In this document: positions 29,526 to 42,100 of the stretch, piece by piece
Numbering within the stretch: the first letter of the stretch is position 1
Layout: the number at the start of each line of letters is the position of its first letter
Assembly: GCF_006345805.1 (NCBI RefSeq)
Contig: NC_043011.1
Location: 12,090,001 to 12,154,000, forward strand
DNA: 64,000 nt
Direction: 5' to 3'
Origin: Octopus sinensis
Taxonomy: Eukaryota
Position numbers and translations under genes: made by a program
The notes under the pieces: model-generated
What the model was told of the DNA's origin: nothing
Database searches by the model: none
What the model saw: only the letters and a program-made list of their open reading frames with translations

Positions 29526-29591
<66 letters not shown>

Positions 29592-30057
29592 GCAGTAATT
29601 TTGGGAGCCGTACTTTTGTGATCCTTTCTAACAATTCGCGTAAGAGTCCAACGGCTCGTCTCAAAGTTTTGGTCCTCTTCCGTAGTTTTGCTTTGATGAG
29701 GAGGTTTTTCCTTCTTTCTCAAAAGCTGTCATTATTTTCGAGATAGTACTTCTTGATACACTTAACATTTTATCTGTTTTCGTTGCGCTAGCACCTGCAA
29801 TACAAGCACCAGCAATTTGACCTCTTTGAAAGTCCCATAGATCTGTCATTTTAATGAATTTTAATTACCTTTTTCTGAGGATATCTGAAAAGAAACAGCA
29901 ATTTTAGCAAACCATATTAAGCAACATAATAATAAATCAAAAAAACATAAAAATAAATAAGCTTTTAATGGTTTTATAGATATTTGAAAATTATGATGCT
30001 AGGTGTTTCCTTTATTTTGTCCAACCCCTGTATATGTATACGTATATGTATGTATAC

Positions 30058-30104
<47 letters not shown>

Positions 30105-33100
30105 ATAAGCTTATGCTTATTGTCTGATCCTCATATACTGCATTAATAATCCTTGCGCTATGCCAAATATACTCCTTTGTCACTTCCATTATAGCTTTGA
30201 AAAAATATCTGTTAAAATCAAACTGCACTCTTGGAAACTTGTACTATGCTTTTATAGCACATTGCCACTTCTCAAGATGAGGTATATTAATTTGGTGTGG
30301 AATAATTTTTTTCCACAGTCTTTTATGGGTGCATTTAATGTAGCCGACCTCCAAACCTGTTGCAAGCCACTTTTTTCCAGGAAAAGAAAGGTAGGAAGGG
30401 TGGTGGGACCTTGAAGTTTCCTACCAAGGGAGTCTTTTTTTGTCGTTTTTTTTTTCCAGGTTATTTTGCATGCTTTCAGCAAAAGTGACATCGAATTCAT
30501 GTGTAAACAGCTCCTTTTTCCATAAAAGGAAATATTTGGCTGCTATTTCTAGCATACCCTGCTACCATGTAACAGCTATTTGTGTTCGCACCAAAAATAT
30601 TTACCAACGATTTTCCCTTCCATTTATTTTTTCCACTTTATGGAAGTCAATATCTTCTCTGCTGACATCCACCTCAGTGAGGTCACGGATCAAGTGGAAA
30701 CACATCAATTGCTGTTCCCTCTTGACAAGATAAAGAAATTTTCCACTGTCTTTGCAAGCAACAAGCTGGTAGATTTGGTTTCAAATCCAGGCAGGGCCAA
30801 ACTAGGTCCTACAAGTTATTTATAATAATAAGTGGCATTATATAGGGGTTGAAAGAATGATGCATACAATATTAAATATGCTAAGATAATCTGAAAACAA
30901 TAGAAGCTTTTAAACGTTTATCGGTATTTATGAAAGTTTTGGGTTAATGGATTTGAATTAATGGAAGCTAAATGTAATGGAAGTTAATTAGTCCAATAAG
31001 GATTTTCAAAGTTAGCTTAAAAGTTAAATTATTAACAAAAAATGTTAACTTTGTTAATTAATGAACTTACACCTAGCTCTGTATATATCATCATCATCAT
31101 CGTTTAACGTCCGCTTTCCATGTTAGCATGGGTTGGACGGTTCGACCGGGGATCTGGGAAGCCAGAAGGCTGCACCAAGCTCCAGTCTGATATGGCAGAG
31201 TTTCTCCAGCAGGATGCCTTTCCTAACGCCAACCACTCCGTGAGTGTAGTGGGTGCTTTTTACATGCCAGGCGAGGCTGGCAACGGCCACGATTGGATTG
31301 GTGCTTTTTATGTGCCATCGGCATGGAAGCCAGTCAAGGCATCGGCCACGTTCGGATGGTGCTTTTTACGTGCCACCGACACGGAAGCCAGTCTAGGCGG
31401 CGCTGGCATCGACCACGTTCGGGTGGTGCTTTTTACGTGCCATCGGCACAGGGATCACAACTGCAGTTTCCATTGATTTTGGTGTACTTGACTCGATGGA
31501 TCTCCTCAAGCTATTTTCATTGGACAGATAGGTGTCCTCATCTTTGTTGTTACCACAACGTTTTGGCTGATTTACTCTCCAGCCTTCATTAGGTGTCCTG
31601 GTAGTATTTTGAACCCAACCCTGGGTTCTTGTTCTTAAGGCATTTTTATGCTGATGTTGTTATTATTGTTTATTGAAGGCACTGCCTGGTATTGAACTTG
31701 CAATCATGGGGTTAGTAGCCTGTGTTCTTAACCATTATGCTATATGCCCATGGGCAACTATAAAGTGAATTTTAGGGCTTATTGGTTCCCATATTCTACT
31801 CATATCTGCACTAAGTCTGCTTAGGAGGTTGTTGTGTCCTAGCATATGTGCTGCCTCTTTTTAGTTTTTGTATTTTCCAGTGGTGTTCTCTGTCTATTAT
31901 TCCAACTTCATCCACAGGGGAAGGTGGTTTCCGCTTTTCCATACATGATCAGCTATACCCGATTTTTCAACATCTTCTCATGTCAGAGCTTTATAATGTT
32001 CCTCTACCCTTATTTTGAGGGGGCGGCATGTTTCACCTTTGTATAACCTAGCACAACTGCATGTGATGGAGTACACGCTGTCTTTGGTCATATTCTCTTC
32101 TATTAGTAGTTTTACTTGGAGATATTTGCTGAGTGTTGTATTACTCTTGAATACCGTCTTGATGTCATATGGACTGCATATCTTTTGCATCTTTTCCGAG
32201 ATTGTAGCCCAAGATAAGTATGCAGGTAGGATGGTGCTGTTGGAGCATCTGACATTTATGGTCTTGTCCAATTTTGCTTTGTGCAGTCCTTTATTGAGGT
32301 AAACGCCTTCCATCCTGCCCTATTTCTCTTTGAGATTTAAGCATCCATGTCTCAGTGGAGGCACATGGCCTAGTGGTTAGAGCAGCGGACTCGCAGTCGA
32401 GGGATCGCGGGTTCGAATCTCAGACCGGACGATGTGTGTGTTTATGAGCGAAACACCTAAGCTCCATGTGGATCCGGCAGAAGGTAATGGCGAAACTTCT
32501 GCTGACTCTTTCGCCACAACTTTCTCTCACTCTTTCCTGCAATGGACCGGTGTCCCGTCCAGGTGGGGAACCTATCCGCCAAGAAACCGGGAAACCGGCC
32601 CTTATGAGCCAGGCATGGCTCGAGAAGGAACAAACAACATCCATGTCTCACTGCATATTCACTAAGTAGACATATTCCTTTACTGTCTCAATTTCATTGG
32701 TTCCCACTTCTATGCAGTCTTGTGTCATGCATATTGCTGAGCTATGGATGTCTAGCTGGCAGAAATGTTAGCACGCCGGGCAAAATGCGTAGCCGTATTT
32801 CGTCTGTCGTTACGAGTTCAAATTCCGCTGAGGTCGACTTTGCCTTTCATCCTTTCGGGGTCGATAAATTAAGTACCAGTTATGCACTAGGGTCGTTGTA
32901 ATCGACTTAATCCCTTTGTCTGTCCTTGTTTGTCCCCTCTGTGTTTAGCCCCTTGTGGGTAGTAAAGAAATAGGTATGGATGTCTAGCTCTGTCAGCATG
33001 GTCTGAGCTGATCTGTAGTTTCAGTGACGAATATGCTGTCATCTTTGGATTGGAGGTGTATTAGAAGCTCACCCTTGATATTGATGCCACCTGTCCAGTC

Positions 33101-35366
33101 AATATCTCTGATTGTCATTTCTAGACAAGCTATGACATGCTTTGGAAAGACAGTATCTCCTATTTTGATGTGTTTCCCGACTGGAACTCATACTAGTGGT
33201 GATATGAGTATTCCCTTCTCTGAAAAACAATCTGACAACATCTAGAAAATGACTTCAAGAATTGTAGATTGAATAGCTGATGCAGGCTACTGAAGAAAGA
33301 AAATGTCTAAAAAAAAAATGCAGGAGAGAGCTGGCAGTCTGTAAGTCAGAGGCGATGGCACTTAAGAACATGGACAGACTCACAGTGACAGATAAAGTTA
33401 GGATGGAAGAGGCATGGGAAACCTTCTACATCAATGTTTTCAAATCATCATCGGTGAAGCTTGATCCTCCACAATCACAAATGTTGGAAAAAGTGCCACC
33501 TATTATGGTCAGTAAAATTGGAAATATCTTCAAGCTGATGGAAACAGATAAAGCTCCAGGAAAATATAGCATGACAGTAGAGATGTTAAGGTGTGGAGGT
33601 GAAGGGCTGTGGAAAACCCTTGTTCTGTGCTTCAATCACTATCTAAAGAAGGGTAAAATACATTTGCTGTGGAAAGAGTGAAATACTATCTTTCTTCCTG
33701 CGAAGTGTGATAAAGAAGACCTTAGAAATGATTGCTCCACATGCCTCGTCTCACCTCTATTAGCTGTTTACAAAGATCATAGTTACCAGACTATCAAAAC
33801 ATCTTGATGACCAATTACTGAGGGAACAGGGAAGTTTCTGTAAGAAATACAATATGAGGGATCACATATTAACTTTAACACAGCTTACAGAATAAATGAA
33901 AGAATACCAGATGCCTCTGAGATTTGCATTTGTTGACTATGAAAAAGCATTCAGTGATGTTAAAATGAACCCATTAACCAAATTGCTCAGGGATGTGAAC
34001 TATGGATACCTGTCTGTCTGTCTGTCTCTCTCTATTATCTATCTATCCCCCACCACATACATACATACATATACACACATTTAAGACCAGTTCAAAATGT
34101 TTGAGAGAGATTTGAACTTGCAAGTGCTTTTCACTCTAGTTTGTTGAGGAGAAAAAATTTCTCGTCCAAAGGACAAAAAGGTTTTATAACACTTTAGTTA
34201 ACTCAGAGCACCCTCTAAGGCTTCTTGGGTGCATTTCCAAATCACTAGTTCCCTTCAGCAGCAGATACCAAATGAGGCAACTTTGAACCAGGAAGTGAAA
34301 CTTTCTTTATCAGAAATCGCTCAGTCTTAAGTGAGAATTTTTTTCTTCATAACAAATTGCAGTGGAAAGCCATTACAGGTTCAAATATTTCTCAAGCATC
34401 TTTAAACTGGTGTTAAGTTTGCATACTCTCCATCATAGCTTCTCACATCTATTCACAACACACACACACAAACACACATATTTAAGGTGACAAGCTACCA
34501 TACAGGACAAAATACTTAGTGGTATTTTGTCCCATCTTCTCATTCTGAATTCAAATTCTACTAAGGTCGACTTTGCCTTTTCTCTTTTTGAGGCCAATAA
34601 AATAAGTATCAGTTACGTACTGAGGCTGATGTAATCAACTTATGCCCTCCCCCAAAACTGCTGGTCTTGTACCAAAATTTGAAACACACACACTATTATT
34701 CCACTTTATCTCACAATATTGCTTTTACTTTATAGCATTTCACATTAGTACGATACTAATACAATTCATCAATACGCATGTGTACACGTGCACACACAAC
34801 ACACACACACACACACATACACACACATACAGTAGGAAATTTTTGCAAAGGTGGATGTAACCTTTTGAAACAAAAATATAAATAATGCTGATCATTTCTA
34901 TATTTACTTTTTTGAAATGTTCCAGGAAATGGGTTTTACAAAATTGCAGGCTGAAGCTGCCATCACACAGTATGGAACAGTGCAGACAGCTTTGGATTCT
35001 CTATTAGCTGGAATTGGTAAATGGAAGATTCCACTTTATATAGTTACTCCTAATACATGTTCACTTGTTTTTCATTCATTCTTTCTTTCCCTGCTTACTC
35101 TCTGTTGCTGTCTCTCATGCAGGCTCATATGTACATATTTGTGTATGTGTGTAAAAATATATGTATATATAATATAGATATGGTGATGCAAACAGGATGA
35201 AATAGAAGTCAAAATACGAATATATATGTATTTTTTATTAATATTTAGCAGAAGGAACAGAGTGACTTGGGCCGAGAGTTTTGTGCATTGGCACTTATCA
35301 AACACAAACTCTCAGCCCTTGAGTCACTCTGTTGCTTCTGCTAAATATTAATAAAACTATGCATAT

Positions 35367-35436
<70 letters not shown>

Positions 35437-36062
35437 GAATAAATGAAAGAATGGAGTCGAACAAAGATGTTAACAAAATTCCTTTACTCTCGATATATGT
35501 TTCGAAGACAGCATGTTTTCATTCCAAAGGAATAACGGGTGCATTATGCAATCTTCTCATCAGGAAAGAAAGGGCGCCTCTCTCGACAACAAGACAAACA
35601 AAAAAAGTGGCGTACGTACACTTTTGCTCTCCCTTCTCTTCCTACTATCTATCTTTGACGTCAATTCTTCTAACGGTTTTTTTAAAAAAGCACTCATTAT
35701 TGCTTTGTTTACCATGTAGGCAATCATCGAAATTTTTTGTTTGTCTTTTTGTCGAGAGAGGCTCCCTTTCTTTCCTGATGAGAAGATTGCATAATGCACC
35801 TTTTATTCCTTTGGAATGAAAATATGCTGTCTTCGAAACATATGTCGAGAGTAAAGGAATTTTGTTAACATCTTCGTTCAACTCCATTCTTTCATTTATT
35901 TATATACAACACACAAATTTCTGCACATGAACCTGGAGTTTCAACCCTTGACAGGTCGCTTCAACCGTGTTTCTGACATGAATTTGCTACCCAGGTTTCG
36001 GTTAAACGAATTTTCCATGCTGATGATAAACATAGGATAATTCATTCACCTACTTATATATT

Positions 36063-36127
<65 letters not shown>

Positions 36128-39100
36128 AGTCGCCATGATAGATCATTAGCCACTACACACATTTTTTTTCTCTCCTTGTTTTTTCTGTGTCCCTTTCTGT
36201 AGAAGAGCGTAGGCTCGAAACGTAAATGACTTTTTCTATTCCTGAGCGTTATACTAATACATCTGTTTGTTTTGTACACCATCTGTCTTCATCTTTTGTG
36301 TTTTTCGTAAACTCTCCCTATATATATATATATATATATATATATGCTTTGAGAAGCAAGTTTTAATGACAAAAGTTTGGAGTAGGAGTCACTATTAGCA
36401 TCACATGTTACATATATTTTATCATCAACTTTTTTAACATCTGATTTTTCCATGCTTATCAGATGAAATTTGTTATGGGAATTTTTTAGGCAAAGGGTTA
36501 ATATTTCCCACAGTTGCATCCTCATCACGGAAGCTGCTACTTGGTGATGACAGTCATACTGGTGGTATGACAAAGCACCAAGTACACACTGCAAAGTGGT
36601 TGGCATTAGGATGGGCATCCAGCCATAGAAGTTTTGCGAAAGCTGACACTGGAGCATGAGACAGTCTTTAGACCCATCAGATCCATATGAAATTGTCCAA
36701 CCCATGCCTACATGGAACATGGATGTTAAATGAAGATAGTAATGATGATGATTATAAGCCCATCTCTAGCACTGTGACTGATTGTTCTTGTAGAGACACC
36801 ACTACTTGCTTGTTCAGTGGTCACTATAATGTAGATGCCTTTGTGTAATGGCACTTAAATCAGATCCCGAGGGTCAAATCACACACTCAGCATGACTTTC
36901 ATTATCAGACTGATAGAGGGTCTGTACAAGAAACACCATATCGTTCATGTATGTTGAGAAGCAGAACTTCACTTCCTAGTTGAGTACATAATCAGTTGAA
37001 AGAGAAGGTTGAAAACTTTGCTATCAAATGGAGGCTGTTAAGAGAAATGTAAGCCTTACTTCAATGGCTGCAGAATATGTAGACTGTATATTGTGGCAAA
37101 GTAATGACTACTTCAGACCTGCCTCACATCAGGAATGTATTTAAATGTCAAATCGGAGACGTTTACAGCTTGTTTACAAAAGCGAATGTACATTCTAAAA
37201 TAGAATGTGCATTCTGTGTGAAAAGTCTGGCTGCATCCGAAAAACTATATATTATGAAACAAAAATAAACACAAAATTTATTACACGAATCTGTTACCAC
37301 CACGACAGTCAACTATTTGACGCCAAACACGAGTTTGATGTTATTTCTACCAAGTTGTCTACTGGTTGCAGTACGCCTTTCACGAATAGCATTGACCATT
37401 CTTTCTTGCATAGCAGCATTTTTGACAAGGCTTGGTCGCCCAGAACGCTGTTTTGGCTGTATTGTTCCACGAAGAGTTGCATTTTTATAAATTCACGTTG
37501 GTATATTGCGGTCTACTTGAAAGGCATTGCAAAGATCACTCACTGTTTCATTTGTGACCCCCATCTTTAATCTGCTGGTAGCGTAGAAGTATTGCCAGTC
37601 TATCTCTATCTCACTACTTTGTTCACCTCACCTGCGAGCCATCTAAAGTTAATAATGATTCTGCTAATTCCACGTGTAAACAGGTGTTGAATAGAACTAA
37701 CTGAATAAATCTTAATTAACTGTGTTGTCAATTGTATGCACCTGACATATGCTAATGTGTATGCAGCCAGACTTTTCACACAGGATACATTCTAAAATAG
37801 AATGTACATTCTATGGTCCAAGCTACCATAGAGGAATCAACATTAATGCTCTCTCCACTGCTTTTTACTGCCAACTCTCTGTTCATCCGTTTATCCTCAT
37901 ATTACTTCTGTTCTCCATTCTTTTATTTCTTCCTTTCTACACCTTTGTCTTTCTTCTCTGCTCTTTGTCTCTATCTCTTCACACTTCTAATTTTTTGATC
38001 ATTTTTGAACTGGGTTTTCAAACTCACCTTCCTCCTGACAAGGAAAATGGATTATTTATCAAGTCTGCCTTACTCAGGTATATCATCAAAAGCATGTCGG
38101 CCGTGGTTATTCCACCTTTCTGTGTATAAGGGACAACTGTATTCAATCAGTGCTTTATACAAAATAGTAGACTATGATTTGTAACTTTTTTTACTATTGC
38201 TGAAAAATATTTTTAAAAACATTTTGGCATTATTAACATGAAATTAACATAAACAAGTTATCATTTATCAGATGTTTTAAACTAAGCGCAAGCCATTACT
38301 TAAAAGTATCATTGTTTGCTGATCTTCAAAACAGCTCTTAAATTCTTCTTACCCAAAGAAAGTAGAAGACTCATTAACATTGCTAACTTTGTTTCAAGCT
38401 TGTTTTTAGAATGATTAATCAATATTGAATTAATAATTCAAATCAACTTATTTACGTTTGAAAGTGAATTCTCAGAAATATATTCACTAAACTTTATTGG
38501 GATCTTTTCGGTTTGAATGGCAGTTTTTTCTAGCGGTGTCATATGAAATTGTCACCCATAATTATGACCCAAGTATCGATCTATTGCATTTCAATCTATT
38601 TTAGGGTTAGGGGTGGGGGGAAGGGTATCTTTTTTTCTTCACAAATGTAAATAAACCCAATCTGTTTCTTAAACGAGGGACATATTCATATGGCACAGAA
38701 TGTTTTTTTACCTCAATAGACGTCAGTGATTGGTTGAAATTGCAGAAATTGAAGAAAAAAAAACAACAAATATCTTACAAACTATAGAATTTTCTCAATT
38801 AAAGCCAAGAGAAAAAGATGTTTTATAAACACATTCTACCAATATATGAAGTTTAAAATTTTTTATTTACCTAGAAATTATGTTAAAAACTGCCGGTCAA
38901 ACTGAAAAGATCCAATTCTTCTTACCCAAAGAAAGTAGAAGACTCATTAACATTGCTAACTTTGTTTCAAGCTTGTTTTTAGAATGATTAATCAATATTG
39001 AATTAATAATTCAAATCAACTTATTTACGTTTGAAAGTGAATTCTCAGAAATATTCTCACTAAGCTTCATTATTTCTATGATTTGCTATGTATTTCCAAT

Positions 39101-42100
39101 ATTAATATCATATAAATCTATATTAAACTGTCTGCATTCATAATTTTTACATCTACCTCTGTCCCTGACCAACACACTTAAATTTATCTACCTCACTGTA
39201 CTCGTTAAATTCTCTAATCACAGCCATGCAGTTTCTAATAGAAACTTACTGTGTCGAACATCAGTGGTGTCTTACCTTTGAATATTTCATTGAAAGCAAT
39301 GTTGTTGTCCCCTACATCAGCAAAGCATTTTATGATGCTTCGTATGACTCCATCCATCTCTCAATTTTTGCATATAAATTTTCCTATCCACACTGATCCA
39401 TCACAGCATTTACCTTCATTCGCTTCTTTAACTCTTACGCTGCAAATATTCAAACTGTCACTAAATCTTAAATCAAATGGAATCACAATTCAAATAATGT
39501 TGTTTGGGGTCAGAAACTGGAACTAAGCATTCTTCTGTACAAGAAACAAAGTTTAACCTCACTGTAGAAAGAACTTACCCTCAAAATACAGAGTGTCCCA
39601 AAACTCGATGGGTTTCAGTTTTTAAGAACTTCCTTAACTTTACAAATAAATGCATGAAATTTTGATTAAATATAAAGGACATAATGGAAATTAATATGCA
39701 CAAATCAAATTTTCCAACACCACTATATCATCATTGTTAAACGTCCGCTTTCCATGGGTTGGACGATTTTGACTGAGGGCTAGCGAACCAGATGGCTGCA
39801 CCAGGCTCCAATCTTGATTTGGCAAAGTTTCTACAGCTGGATGCCCTTCCTAATGCCAACCACTCCGAGAGTGTAGTGGGTGCTTTTTACATGCCACCGG
39901 CACGGGGGCGAGTCAGGCAGTACTGGCAACGACCTCGCTCGAATCCTTTAACACATGCCACCAGCACAGGTGCCAGTAAGGCGACGTTGGTAATGATCAC
40001 GCTCGAATGGTACCCTTTTACGTGCCACTGGCATGGAAGCCAGTTGCCTGCTCTGGCAACGATCACGCTCGGATGGTGCTCTTGACACCCTACTAGCACG
40101 GGCACAAGTGCCAGTAAGGCGACACTGGTAATGATCACGCTCGAATGGTGGCGTGTATGAAAAATGACATCTCTTAAATGGCAGCTATTTTTGGCTTGGC
40201 ATGCCTGTGCTTTTCCAAAACTTGCACCATAGCACCCTCATGAATTTCAGACACCACTTCTCTGATTTCTCTATCGATGTTCTCCTTCAGTTGCTCCAGG
40301 GTCTCTGGTTTATTGATGTAAACCCTCTCTTTCAGATATCCCCACAAGAAAAATTCCAGGTTAGTCAAGTCCGGGGAACACGAAGGCCATTCAAAGTAGA
40401 CCTCACACATGGTTCCAGCAAGATGGGGCAACTGCTCATACCACAAGAGAAACAATGCAGTTGCTATGGCAGTGCTCTGGAGAGAATAATCTCCCACGAC
40501 AGCAGTGTCAACTGGCCTTCCTTGTACCCCAGACTTGACTAACTCGGATTTTTTCTTGTGGAGATACCTGAAAGAGAGGGTTTGCTTTAGACCCTAGTGC
40601 AACTGAAAGAGAACATCAATAGAGAAATAAGAGAAGTGGGGTCTGAAACTCTTGAGGGTGTTATGGTGCAAGTTTTGGAAAAGCATAGGCACAGGAGTGG
40701 CTGTGTGGTAAGTAGCTTGTTTACGAACCACATGGTTCTGGGTTCAGTCCCACTGCGTGGCACCTTGGGCAAGTGTCTTCTACTATAGCCTCGGGCCGAC
40801 CAAAGCCTTGTGAGTGGATTTGGTAGACGGAAACTGAAAAGAAGCCCGTAGTATATATGTATATATATATATGTGTATGTGTTTGTGTGTGTGTGTTTGT
40901 CCCCCTAGCATTGCTTGACAACCGATGCTGGTGTGTTTATGTCCCCGTTACTTAGCGGTTTGGCAAAAGAGACCGATAGAATAAGTACTTGGCTTACAAA
41001 AGAATAAGTCCCGGGGTCGAGTTGCTCGATTAAAGGCGGTGCTCCAGCATGGCCGCAGTCAAATGACTGAAACAAGTAAAAGAGTAAGAGTATGCCAAGC
41101 CAAAAATGGCTGCCATTTAAGTGATGTCATTTTTCATATGTGATGCAGTGATGTTGGAAAATTTGACTTGTGCATATTAATTTCCATTATGTCCTTTATA
41201 TTGTATCAAAATTTCATGTATTTATTTGTAAAGTTAAGGAAGTTATTGAAAATTGAAACCCCTCAGTGACTTTTGGGACACCCTGTACTTCCTGTTATGC
41301 ATTATGGGTTTTGTTGAGTAAATGTCTGTGGATGTTTTCTTTCTTCAATTTTCAAGCATAATTGCAGTTAATAACTTAAGTGGTAAGCTAGAATTTGGTG
41401 ATATTATTCTTGAACAATTTAATTAGAGAAAGAAAACTTGGACTTGGATAAAATAGTGATGTTTGAATATCATCTATAAACACCACCTGTCTAAGTGATG
41501 TCAGGATTTATGGAGTTTGAATAGGAATGGAATTGCCATATTGATATTTCATTGAGGCTTTTCTTAGTGAATGGTAAGGATTAAAAAAACTCCTCATTAA
41601 TTTGCTGATATATTTTAAAGATAGAATCTGTGCATACTTTTGGGTTTATGGGGAGAGCCTGATTATTGAAATAAGAGTAAATAACACTAATTTGTTAATT
41701 ATGTGGGCCTTACAAAACTTTTGAAGGGTGAAGATGAAGACACCTCTCTGAATTGTTTTTCTAATGGGAGACATGTCACTTCTAAAATACTGAGACTAAA
41801 TGGAGCACAAATTCAGCTCTAAGCCAGGAAACAATATCTTGTATGTGTAGAAACACGTATGTGTAATCAACTGTATTCAACCTAATTTGGTAGGTGAAAA
41901 TGACATGACAACAAGAAAAAGCCATATTCCCAATACCAATGATAATTTTGTCATATCGGCAAATTCTATCTAAATTCATGCAATAATTTTTTTTTTAGTA
42001 TTTTACACAGCATTAACTGCATTTCATCAAAATATTTAATTTCTAACATGGTTGAGAGTTTATATAGAGAAAAGATTTCAGTTAATGGCTGTTTTACTGC

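Noticed and set aside
26787-29722. Many long YIYI/MHIY ORFs
   Set aside because: Translations of the (TA)n array, not genes
30090-30800. Possible L1/Tx1-like 3' coding remnant on the minus strand
   Set aside because: Only vague resemblance ([15 protein letters not shown]); too decayed to call without a profile search
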